Source: Candidatus Kuenenia stuttgartensis
Lineage (GTDB): Bacteria > Planctomycetota > Brocadiia > Brocadiales > Brocadiaceae
Assembly: GCF_900232105.1 (NCBI RefSeq)
Contig: NZ_LT934425.1
Location: 1,170,001-1,202,000, forward strand
Direction of reading: 5' to 3'
DNA length: 32,000 nt
Each line of letters opens with the position of its first letter. The first letter of the stretch is position 1. The notes below the pieces were generated by a model that worked only from the letters and a program-made list of their open reading frames with translations, did no database searches and was not told the DNA's origin. A program made the position numbers and the translations under genes. Of this stretch, positions 9,393 to 18,331 are shown piece after piece.

Positions 9393-12300
9393 TTGCACAT
9401 GAAAGAATCTATACAACTGCTGCGAAAGCATAAACAATACAAGGAAATTATTCGTCAACTTTCTTTCGGGAAGGATTGTTGTGTCAACGGCCTCTGGGGC
9501 TCCTCTGCGAATTTGTTTGCCGCGGCGGTTGCCAATGAACATTTTTATACAAAAGGGTTGACGCCAAAGATCCTTTTAGTCGTGCCAGACGCTGAAGATG
9601 CACGGGAAGATTGGGAAGATTTGAAGACGTTTTCAAATCTTCCCGTGACGCTGTTTCCGGCGGTTGAAGATATCTTTAATAATGAATCAGATGCGTATGA
9701 GGATATCATGGCGCAGCGGCTGTTCATTTTAAATCAATTATGCCGGAAAAACAAAGACGCCTCACACCAAACGGATGTAATAGTTTCTTCGATTCAGGCG
9801 CTTATACAGCCAGTCCCTTCAAAAAAAACCATCGGCGATAATATCGTTTCTTTTCAAAAAGGCCAGGAATATCCGATGGAGAACCTTATTGGCCTGCTGC
9901 ATTCCCATCATTATCAAGAGACCAGTCAGGTGGAAAATCAGGGTGAATACGCAATTCGTGGGGGTATTATTGATATATTTCCCTTCGCAACGGAAATACC
10001 TTGCCGCATTGAATATTTTGGAGATGAAATTGAATCTGTTCGTAGTTTTAATGTGGAAACCCAGCAATCGGTGGCACAGATAAACAGTTGCCAGATATTA
10101 TTCGTTCATAAAATGTATGGCCTTCATCCCATGCAGGGGGAAATACAAAAAACATCGCTTCTTGATTACCTTAGCGGAGAAACTACCATTATCCTGAAGG
10201 AACCAACAAGGATTGAAAGTAAATTAAGACAGATGCTGGAAATAACCGACTACAAGGAAGCACTCTTCACAGAGGAAGAGATTTTTAAGCAATTAAAGAC
10301 CTTTACGAAAATTACTTTGTCAAAATTGCCGTTTACCACGGAGAACAATGCGTATGCTTTTCAGGTTAAGGCGATAGATGAATTCCCACGACAGATACAG
10401 GATATTGTGGCGGAATTTAAAAAGATTACCGAAGCGCATGATAAAACAATCGTTTTTTGCATAAATCCCGCGGAAGAACAACGTTTTCGGGAAATAACAA
10501 GCGGCTTGCCCGAAGGCTTGCAGAGGTTTGAGCTTCGACGCGGATATATAAGCCAGGGATTCCGATTTGCCGATATCAATATAGCCATCCTTGCAAACCA
10601 TGAAATCTTCCATCGTTACAAACAGCACCACGAGGTTAAAAAGGTGGTGCAAACCCGGGCAATCGACTCGTTTCTTGACCTGAAGAAAGGGGACTATATA
10701 GTACACGTCACCCACGGCATAGGGCGTTTTTTGGGTATTGAGATTATTGAGGATGATGGCTGTAAGAGGGAATATCTTGTTCTGGAATACGATGAGGGAA
10801 CAAAAATATATGTACCTGCAACAAAGATCGAACTTGTTCAAAAGTACATTGGCGCTTCCGGCCATAAGGCAAAATTGGATAAGATTCATTCTAAATCGTG
10901 GGAGATGCGCAAAAAGCGTGCAGAACATGCCGTTGCGGACATTGCAAGCGATTTATTGCATATTCAGGCGTCGAGAAACGCGAAGGAGGGCATTACCTAC
11001 CCTCCGGATACGAAATGGCAAAGGGACTTTGAATCAGCGTTTATATACGAAGAAACGCCTGATCAATTACAGGTTTTGGAGACAATAAAGTCTGACATGC
11101 AATCAAAGAGACCGATGGACCGTCTTATTTGCGGAGACGTCGGTTATGGAAAAACAGAGCTTGCCATTCGGGCGGCATTTAAAGCAGCAATGTATGGCAA
11201 ACAGGCGGCGGTTCTGGTGCCCACCACAATTCTGGCGCAGCAGCATTACACTACGTTTTCTGAGCGCATGGCGGACTATCCGGTAGAAATTGAAGTCTTG
11301 AGCCGGTTGAAATCTCATAAGGAACAAAAGGATATTTTGGAGAAAACGCTGGCAGGAAAGATTGATATCCTCATCGGCACTCACCGGCTGTTGCAAAAGG
11401 ATGTTGTCTTTAAAGACCTTGGGCTTGTTATTATTGATGAAGAACAGCGGTTTGGCGTTGCCCACAAAGAACGGTTTAAGAAGATGCGGCAGGTGGTTGA
11501 TATGCTGACTCTGACGGCCACGCCCATACCAAGAACGCTTCATATGTCTCTGATGGGAATTAAGGACATTTCTTCGCTAAATACCCCGCCGCTGGGAAGG
11601 CAGTCCATTAGGACACAAATCATGCGATTTGACCCTCAACGCATCAGGCAAGCCATATTGCTCGAAATGAACAGAAACGGGCAGGTATATTTCGTCCATA
11701 ACAGGGTGTATAATATCGAGCGCATCGCGCACACCCTATCCACTATAGTGCCGGAGGCGAGAATTTTAGTCGTTCACGGACAAATGATGGATGAAAAGCT
11801 TTTAGCACAGAGAATGAAAGATTTTGTAGATCATAAGGCGGATATTCTTGTTTCTACCACAATAATAGAGTCCGGGCTGGATATACCAAATGTGAATACC
11901 ATCTTTATTAACTGCGCAGACTCCTTTGGCCTTGCCGATTTGCATCAATTGCGTGGCAGGGTGGGAAGATACAAACATCATGCATATGCGTATATTGTTT
12001 TACCCATTGATCGTCCGGTAACCCCTGAAGCTGAAAAAAGGGTGAAGGCGATTGAAGAATTTGCGGAACTGGGCGCCGGATTTAAAATAGCTATGCGGGA
12101 TCTCGAAATCAGAGGGGCGGGAAATATCCTGGGGGTGGAACAGCACGGCCACATAGCGGCAGTAGGTTATGAGATGTATTGCCGTTTGCTGGAGATAGCC
12201 GTATGCAAGGCACGTAATGAACCCGTCAGCGAACCTCCCGATGTCTCATTGAAATTAAATCTGGAATCCTTTCTCCCTGACGAATATATCCCGGAATATA

Positions 12301-12677
12301 GTTTGAAAATGGATATTTACCGAAGGTTGAATCGTTCCAATACCTTCAAAGAAATTGACGAGATCAGGAAAGAAATGATTGACCGGTTTGGGAATGCGCC
12401 TCAATCAGTAAAAAACCTGCTTTCCGAGAGTGAGCTAAGAATCATTGCAAGGGATTCGAAAATCCGTTCTATAGTCCGGGTAAACAACACCCTCATCATC
12501 CAGGTAAATGATTTAAAAAAGGCGGAGATTTGCCTTTCTAAGTTGAAGAAAAATATACGGGTAATTAATAATGACACATTGCATCTAAGGCTGTTAAAAG
12601 ATAGGATGCATCCCGAAGATTTGGTGCATTATTTAAAAAAATCTTTGACTGATACCGATACTGCCAGGTATTCATGA
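9393..12677 (+). CDS. mfd: Transcription-repair coupling factor Mfd
   Basis: 1094 aa; 'GDYIVHVTHGIGRFLGIE', 'LICGDVGYGKTELAIRAAFKA', 'GTHRLLQKDVVFKDLGLVIIDEEQRFGVAHKE', 'VHGQMMDEKLLAQRM', TRG and Mfd C-terminal domains. Confidence 0.97.
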   Translation: MHMKESIQLLRKHKQYKEIIRQLSFGKDCCVNGLWGSSANLFAAAVANEHFYTKGLTPKILLVVPDAEDAREDWEDLKTFSNLPVTLFPAVEDIFNNESDAYEDIMAQRLFILNQLCRKNKDASHQTDVIVSSIQALIQPVPSKKTIGDNIVSFQKGQEYPMENLIGLLHSHHYQETSQVENQGEYAIRGGIIDIFPFATEIPCRIEYFGDEIESVRSFNVETQQSVAQINSCQILFVHKMYGLHPMQGEIQKTSLLDYLSGETTIILKEPTRIESKLRQMLEITDYKEALFTEEEIFKQLKTFTKITLSKLPFTTENNAYAFQVKAIDEFPRQIQDIVAEFKKITEAHDKTIVFCINPAEEQRFREITSGLPEGLQRFELRRGYISQGFRFADINIAILANHEIFHRYKQHHEVKKVVQTRAIDSFLDLKKGDYIVHVTHGIGRFLGIEIIEDDGCKREYLVLEYDEGTKIYVPATKIELVQKYIGASGHKAKLDKIHSKSWEMRKKRAEHAVADIASDLLHIQASRNAKEGITYPPDTKWQRDFESAFIYEETPDQLQVLETIKSDMQSKRPMDRLICGDVGYGKTELAIRAAFKAAMYGKQAAVLVPTTILAQQHYTTFSERMADYPVEIEVLSRLKSHKEQKDILEKTLAGKIDILIGTHRLLQKDVVFKDLGLVIIDEEQRFGVAHKERFKKMRQVVDMLTLTATPIPRTLHMSLMGIKDISSLNTPPLGRQSIRTQIMRFDPQRIRQAILLEMNRNGQVYFVHNRVYNIERIAHTLSTIVPEARILVVHGQMMDEKLLAQRMKDFVDHKADILVSTTIIESGLDIPNVNTIFINCADSFGLADLHQLRGRVGRYKHHAYAYIVLPIDRPVTPEAEKRVKAIEEFAELGAGFKIAMRDLEIRGAGNILGVEQHGHIAAVGYEMYCRLLEIAVCKARNEPVSEPPDVSLKLNLESFLPDEYIPEYSLKMDIYRRLNRSNTFKEIDEIRKEMIDRFGNAPQSVKNLLSESELRIIARDSKIRSIVRVNNTLIIQVNDLKKAEICLSKLKKNIRVINNDTLHLRLLKDRMHPEDLVHYLKKSLTDTDTARYS

Positions 12678-12930
12678 TTTTTCACAACGTATAGTTAATT
12701 TCTGATCATTTGTATGCATAGGTAGTTATTCGCTGTTTGGAAAACGAAAGAGACGCCTTGAGTGAAAAATCTTATCATGGCACAGGATTCTGTTATACTA
12801 CTTGACATAGTGGGATGAAAGTGTAGGATATGTAACGATTTTGTATGTGGCAAGAAAGGCATAGGTGGCATTTTCCAACCAAATATCCCTTAAACCGTTT
12901 ATAAATTTTTATAGAAAGAGAGGTTTTTTA

Positions 12931-13113
12931 ATGAAAAACGTGGAATTATCTGTAGAAGGAAACATACTCACCATAAAGATAGACCTGTCAAAAGAATTTG
13001 GACTTTCTTCGTCCGGAAAGAACATTATTGTTGCATCAACGGAGGGAAATGTTACCATCCCCGACCGTGAAGAAAAGATCGGAATGAACGTTTACCGGAA
13101 ACAAACAACGTAA
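12931..13113 (+). CDS. Small hypothetical protein, 60 aa
   Basis: ATG at 12931 preceded by aaagagagg; product MKNVELSVEGNILTIKIDLSKEFGLSSSGKNIIVASTEGNVTIPDREEKIGMNVYRKQTT. The track ORF starts upstream at 12865, but the internal ATG with RBS is more plausible. Confidence 0.65.
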   Translation: MKNVELSVEGNILTIKIDLSKEFGLSSSGKNIIVASTEGNVTIPDREEKIGMNVYRKQTT

Positions 13114-13159
13114 AAGTGGACGGGGGAAAAAAACGACCTATGCAGTAAATAGTTCAAAA

Positions 13160-13200
13160 AAAGGGTTCACAGGAAGCGAGTCATTTCCTGTGAACCCTTT
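13160..13200. terminator. Bidirectional intrinsic terminator
   Basis: Perfect 16-bp stem aaagggttcacaggaa / ttcctgtgaacccttt with 9-nt loop, A-run before and T-run after, between convergent genes. Confidence 0.85.
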
Positions 13201-13236
13201 TTGATTAATCTGGCTCTCTGTCTGCATCAATGCTAC

Positions 13237-14139
13237 TTATTGAAATAACTGCATTATGCTTTGAGGCCCTGCATTTGCCTGCGCCAGCATAGCGCTTGCA
13301 GTCTGTTGTAATATTTGAAACTTTGTTGACTCTAACTGTTCGTATGCCATGTCCGCATCTTCAATCCTGCTCCTGGCCGCCTCAGTATTCGTCCTCGCTA
13401 CAGTTAAACTGGTTTCCTGATAGGTCAGCCTGTTAACTACTGCACCAATGTAACTCAATCCTTCTGATACATCCGCAATGGCGGTATCTATATTGCTCAT
13501 CAATGCCTGCGCGGATGCCGAAGAAGTAACCGCCCTGCCCGCCGTAGCAACACTTACCCGCAATCCATCAGCCTTATAGTTTGTATTGCTGTCATCAAAG
13601 CTTACATTGTCTTTTGCTAACAAGTCAAACTTCAACACGTCATTGGTGCTGCTTGCCCCTGCGCCAATCTGGAATTTAAACTGCACGCTACTTGCCGCTC
13701 CTGAACCTGTAGCAGAATTTCCTGTACCAAATATTGACTGGGAATTCCATGTAGCCTGGGTAACTTCAAGATCGATTTGCGTTGCCAATGCTTTGAGTTC
13801 CGACTGAATAGCGTTACGTTCTGCACTCCCTAACGAATCGTCTGCCGCCTGCGTTGCCTTTGTTTTCATCTGTGTCAAAATATCAAGGATATTATTCAGA
13901 TGGCCTTCCGCAACCGCCATAAGATTCTTGGCAGAACCTATGTTTGCAAGGGCCTGGCCAAGCCCTTGTGAACGGGCATTGAATTTTTTGGCAATCGTAA
14001 AACCCGCAGCGTCATCGGCGGCATTATTAATTCTTTTGCCCGTCGCAAGCCTTAATTGCGAAACCGACAATTTCGAATTAATGTCATTTAACGACCGTAA
14101 CGCATTCAACGCATTAATATTTGTGTTTATCCTACTCAT
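13237..14139 (-). CDS. fliC: Flagellin
   Basis: 'MSRINTNINALNALRSLNDINSKLSVSQLRLATGKRINNAADDAAGFTIAKKF' N-terminus and 'SRIEDADMAYEQLESTKFQILQQTASAMLAQANAGPQSIMQLFQ' C-terminus. Confidence 0.96.
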   Translation of the reverse strand: MSRINTNINALNALRSLNDINSKLSVSQLRLATGKRINNAADDAAGFTIAKKFNARSQGLGQALANIGSAKNLMAVAEGHLNNILDILTQMKTKATQAADDSLGSAERNAIQSELKALATQIDLEVTQATWNSQSIFGTGNSATGSGAASSVQFKFQIGAGASSTNDVLKFDLLAKDNVSFDDSNTNYKADGLRVSVATAGRAVTSSASAQALMSNIDTAIADVSEGLSYIGAVVNRLTYQETSLTVARTNTEAARSRIEDADMAYEQLESTKFQILQQTASAMLAQANAGPQSIMQLFQ

Positions 14140-14700
14140 AACCGGACTCCTTTCCAAAAAAACATGTAATTAATTCCTTTCTAACAGTAAAAACGAAACA
14201 TGTTACTCATTTTTGTTGCTATAGCAAAAACCTTGTAAACAAAGAATAGCAATGCGTATGCCACTGAATATTTACACCGCGGTAACAAGGCGTATCTGCC
14301 GCATTTACAATACAATAAGATGATTATTTATTATTTTATACGCGATTATTAAAGGGTTTAATTATTCAACAACCGAAAGATTTGTTGAAAATTTTTCCGA
14401 TCAATTGGGAAAGTATTTCTTGTGTTATTTATCCATAAAACCGGCTTTGTTCGTTTTTTGTTTTTTGATAAGCAATGATGTTTTTTTTGTAAAAAACAGT
14501 GATGAAACATATTGAATAGCTGCAATATTATTTTGCGAACAGTGAAAAATGGTTTGCAGTGTAAATGTCAAAAAAAATTTCTTGCCTTACCTCCGAAGTG
14601 TGATATTCTTTCGCTAATAACCCGCCGCCGTAGACGTAGAATGTTAGGATTAGTAGAAATTTCTTTGCATTTTTTTGGCAAAATATTTAATGGTCACTTT

Positions 14701-14747
14701 TGCAGTCGGCAGATTGAAGATTGAGGACTGTAGACTGTTTTCTTGCT
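14701..14747. repeat. Dispersed palindromic intergenic repeat, copy 2
   Basis: tgcagtcggcagattgaagattgaggactgtagactgttttcttgcttgttt; its reverse complement aligns to copy 3, and the 3' flank 'gttttcttgcttgttt' also occurs next to copy 4. Confidence 0.7.
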
Positions 14748-14809
14748 TGTTTGTTTGTTTCCTGCTATGCCAGTTCAGGATTTTTGAGAGAATATCTGTA
14801 CTATTTCAA

Positions 14810-15730
14810 ATGGACGAATTTCCTTTAATCAAGTGGATAAGAAACAGAAAGAAAAAATCAAATGCCGTTGTATGCGGCATTGGAGATGACTGTGCGGTTA
14901 TAAATACTGGCAAAAATACCTTATGCCTGATAACCACGGACATGTTGGTAGAAGGCACACATTTTGACCTAAATAAATATAATGCGTCCGAAGTAGGAAG
15001 GAAGGCAATTGCCTGCAGCATTAGCGACATAGCGTCTATGGGCTGCAAACCATCCGTTGCGGTAATTTCTCTCTGTTTTCCACACGGAACAAAAAACAGT
15101 TTTGCAAAAAGGTTATATGCCGGCATATGGGAAATAGCAGATAAATATGATATCGATATTGTCGGAGGAGATATCATTAGCGGAGAAGGCCCTTTTTGTA
15201 TTAATGTTACCTTGCTGGGAAAGAATGAGGGATTAATGCCTGTATATCGTTCCGGTGCAAAAGCAGGAGATAAAATTTTAGTGACGGGAAGACTTGGCGG
15301 TTCTTTATTGGGCAAACATATGTTTTTTGAACCACGATTAGATGAAGGCATTGCGTTGAACAAAAATTTTACTGTCCATGCCATGATAGATATCAGCGAC
15401 GGATTGACTGCGGATTTGAATCATATATTGGAAGAAAGCGGGGTGGGAGCTGTTTTGTTTGAAGATAAAATCCCCGTGTCTGACGACGCATTAAAAATAT
15501 CGAAAAAAACGGGGAAAACCCCGATTCATCACGCCTTCTCCGATGGGGAAGATTATGAACTGTTGGCGGTATTGTCAAAAACACAGGCGGAAAAGGTATT
15601 GACGTCAGATTTATTTCATGGCCTGGAGATAAGTTGTATAGGAGAAATTGTTGAAGATAAAGGACTTTGGCTGAGGGACGGGAAGGGTAAATTGCGCCGG
15701 ATACGACCTAAAGGTTATAAACATTGTTAA
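14810..15730 (+). CDS. thiL: Thiamine-monophosphate kinase
   Basis: 'MDEFPLIKWI', 'VVCGIGDDCAVI', 'CLITTDMLVEGTHFDL', 'GRKAIACSISDIASMGCKP', 'MIDISDGLTADLNHILEES', 'SDGEDYELLAVL'. Start moved in from the track start at 14675. Confidence 0.93.
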   Translation: MDEFPLIKWIRNRKKKSNAVVCGIGDDCAVINTGKNTLCLITTDMLVEGTHFDLNKYNASEVGRKAIACSISDIASMGCKPSVAVISLCFPHGTKNSFAKRLYAGIWEIADKYDIDIVGGDIISGEGPFCINVTLLGKNEGLMPVYRSGAKAGDKILVTGRLGGSLLGKHMFFEPRLDEGIALNKNFTVHAMIDISDGLTADLNHILEESGVGAVLFEDKIPVSDDALKISKKTGKTPIHHAFSDGEDYELLAVLSKTQAEKVLTSDLFHGLEISCIGEIVEDKGLWLRDGKGKLRRIRPKGYKHC

Positions 15731-15758
15731 ACCTAAGCTGGCATAGCCGGAAGTGTAA

Positions 15759-15802
15759 AAACAGTCCTCAATCTGCAATCTACCGACTGTAGATTGTAGA
15801 GA
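15759..15802. repeat. Dispersed palindromic intergenic repeat, copy 3
   Basis: aacagtcctcaatctgcaatctaccgactgtagattgtagagag; matches the reverse complement of copy 2. Confidence 0.7.
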
Positions 15803-15814
15803 GTAACTTTCATT

Positions 15815-16354
15815 TTGCTGAGCATTTTCAAAAAACCAAAAAGAATTATGGATGGTGCAGGAACATTGGCGAAAAAAGGGCATGAAATAATTTTCACCAG
15901 CAAAAATGCAGAGGAAACAATAAAATTTGGTAAAGCATTAGGCACATTATTAACAAATGGGCATGTCGTTGCCTTGATTGGCGACCTGGGCACTGGAAAA
16001 ACTACCATGGTAAAAGGAATAGTTACAGGACTTGACGTCAAGGATAGCAGAAATGTAAAAAGTCCCACCTTTTCTCTGGCGCACAAATATAATGGCCGCA
16101 TTCCTGTTTATCATATAGACGCCTACAGACTATCAGGGTCACAGGAATTATTGGATATAGGCAGTGATGAAATGATCTTTGGAAATGGCGTGACAATAAT
16201 AGAATGGGCAGACAACGTACCCGACAGCCTTCCTGAAGAATATTTGAAAATAACATTAACACATGTTTCTGAAGAACGAAGGAACATAAAAGCATGCGCT
16301 TACGGCAAACGTTACGATCAAATAATACAATTATTACGCGATTGGTGCGATTGA
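15815..16354 (+). CDS. tsaE: tRNA threonylcarbamoyladenosine biosynthesis ATPase TsaE
   Basis: 'VVALIGDLGTGKTTMVKGIVTGLD', 'VKSPTFSLAHKYNGRIPVYHIDAYRLSG', 'GVTIIEWADNVPDSLPEEYL'. Confidence 0.93.
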   Translation: MLSIFKKPKRIMDGAGTLAKKGHEIIFTSKNAEETIKFGKALGTLLTNGHVVALIGDLGTGKTTMVKGIVTGLDVKDSRNVKSPTFSLAHKYNGRIPVYHIDAYRLSGSQELLDIGSDEMIFGNGVTIIEWADNVPDSLPEEYLKITLTHVSEERRNIKACAYGKRYDQIIQLLRDWCD

Positions 16355-16486
16355 CCGGATTCGTAGTAATGCAAAGTGACCGCAATTGCAGAACAAAGCG
16401 AGAGTGTTTTTCTCTTTTTTTGTAAGATACTTTAACCCTGCCGAGTTCTATGCCTGCCGCACAGGCGGTATAATCAACGAATTTCC

Positions 16487-16723
16487 TTATACTGCCTGCC
16501 TGATACGTTTCGTGGAAATACCAGATCTTTTCTCCTTGTTATTACATGAGGGATATCCATTATTTATCCGGTTTCCCTCGAGATATTCATGGATATCGCC
16601 TTCCATAAACTTTGTCCGTCCTCCGATCCGGTAGCCTTTTATTCTCCCTTCCTTCAGATAACGCATCAGTGTCTTTCTGTCGATGCCTATTCTCTGTGCT
16701 GTTTGTGTAGTGGTATACCACAT
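16487..16723 (-). CDS. Helix-turn-helix (excisionase/MerR-like) DNA-binding protein
   Basis: 'TTTQTAQRIGIDRKTLMRYLKEGRIKGYRIGGRTKFMEGDIHEYLEG' typical of HTH_17 / excisionase-family small proteins. Confidence 0.75.
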   Translation of the reverse strand: MWYTTTQTAQRIGIDRKTLMRYLKEGRIKGYRIGGRTKFMEGDIHEYLEGNRINNGYPSCNNKEKRSGISTKRIRQAV

Positions 16724-17171
16724 GGTGAAACCTCCTTACGCTTATGATTATAAAAAAGATATTAACAGGTGAATGCATGTTCACCATTATATCCTTTTGA
16801 AATAAACAGTCAACGTTTTTTTGAAGACGATTACTCCAAAAAGTTGTTATTAGTAATATTATTGCGTTTATCAATTGTTTGCCGTTTGTAACAATTCCGT
16901 GGCTTCAGGAATGGCATGGCTTGCTGATGGGATAGTGCAGTTAGGGATCGGTTGGCAGCGCTTAAGAATTTTATTTTCAAAATATTTTATATTTTTCTTG
17001 TTATAAAGGAAAATTGCGTATATACTTCTTAAGTCGGTTGACTTGAACAGTAATATTATACAAAGTTGTGATGTGTTTCGTTGTAATGTTAAGGCTGCAA
17101 GGATGAAAACCTTGTGGCCTTTTTTTATTAGTAGCCAAATTTTTTTACCAAACGAAAGGGGGTGATTTATT

Positions 17172-17372
17172 ATGGCGAACGGAACAGTAAAGTGGTTTAA
17201 TGATTCAAAAGGTTTCGGCTTTATTTCTCAGGAAAACGGAACTGATGTATTTGTTCATCAGACGTCCATCAAGTCAGAGGGTTTCAGAACTCTTGCTGAA
17301 GGAGATAAGGTTGAGTTTGATGTCATTTCAGACCAAAAAGGCCAAAAGGCCACAAATGTTGTAAAAGTATAA
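17172..17372 (+). CDS. Cold-shock protein (CspA family)
   Basis: '[66 protein letters not shown]' with RNP motifs; RBS aagggggtg. Confidence 0.96.
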   Translation: MANGTVKWFNDSKGFGFISQENGTDVFVHQTSIKSEGFRTLAEGDKVEFDVISDQKGQKATNVVKV

Positions 17373-17480
17373 ATATGTGAAAAGCCCACTCTAATGTTTT
17401 AAATATAAACGATTGTATGATAGTTGATATATAAAAAATGGAGTAGACGCAATAAATACTGTTATAATTACAACACACAG

Positions 17481-17516
17481 CCCCATTATCCGTAATAGGA
17501 TAATGGGGTTTTTTTT
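17481..17516 (+). terminator. Rho-independent terminator downstream of csp
   Basis: ccccattatc-cgtaatag-gataatgggg followed by T8. Confidence 0.85.
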
Positions 17517-17814
17517 GTAAAAAAAAGAAGGAAAAACCGTTGCAAAATATCGGCGTTTGTCAATATACACGCCAAAAACCATTTCAAAAAATGAATGTGC
17601 TGGAACAAATTTTTAAGGCTCATTGTTCTGTATGACACACAAGTACACTGCATATTTTTTATATTCTTTTATTGGTTTTTTTGTGCAGACGCGTCTGTCT
17701 TTTTCCCTTTGACAGCATACCCGGTTTTTGAGGATTGCTTGTGTGAAATCCGTTAACTATAACTATGGAGAAAATATAAGGAATCATCCAGTTTATTATG
17801 AAAGGAACAAATCT

Positions 17815-18267
17815 ATGAAAACAATAATGGTTTTGGAAAATAACGAACAACAGCGTATTCTCTGTAAACAAAAATTATCAAACGAAGGCTATAATGTCAT
17901 TACGGCAAATGACGGCAAAACGGCGATTAAAAAAGTAAATGATTACTGGCCGGATATTGTCATAATGAATGTTAATATAAGTGATATAGATATCGTTGAT
18001 GTTATAGGTAATATATTAATTCAGCATAAAAACATCCCTATCATACTGCGCACGGATAACAACTTTTACGGAAAGAATTTTCACCCGTGGCATGCGAATG
18101 TAATTACTTCACGCCCTTCATGGTTTTTTGAACTGAAAGAGAAAATAAAAACGTTGCCCAACGAAAACAAAGAGGTTGCATGCAATTTCAAGATTGGTGA
18201 AAAATTGAGCGTACACGAAAGGACCCGTCTTAACAGGAAAAGAAAGACTGAGAAATTGTGCGCATAG
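17815..18267 (+). CDS. Receiver-like (response regulator fold) protein with degenerate active site
   Basis: ATG at 17815; 'MKTIMVLENNEQQRILCKQKLSNEGYNVITANDGKTAIKKVNDYWPDIVIMNVNISDIDIVDVIG' aligns by eye with the REC domain, but the phospho-acceptor position is Asn. Confidence 0.7.
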   Translation: MKTIMVLENNEQQRILCKQKLSNEGYNVITANDGKTAIKKVNDYWPDIVIMNVNISDIDIVDVIGNILIQHKNIPIILRTDNNFYGKNFHPWHANVITSRPSWFFELKEKIKTLPNENKEVACNFKIGEKLSVHERTRLNRKRKTEKLCA

Positions 18268-18290
18268 AGACACATAGAGTTCCCCCGCGC

Positions 18291-18316
18291 GGGTTCAGGT
18301 TTTGTAACCTGAACCC
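18291..18316. terminator. Hairpin between convergent genes, possible terminator
   Basis: 10-bp perfect stem gggttcaggt / acctgaaccc with 6-nt loop; no T-run on the + side, so terminator status is uncertain. Confidence 0.45.
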
Positions 18317-18331
18317 ACACGTGGCAGTGAA

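Noticed and set aside
10320-11543. Several long antisense ORFs (202, 116, 146 aa) within mfd
   Set aside because: Fully contained antisense to a strongly supported Mfd CDS; typical spurious ORFs.
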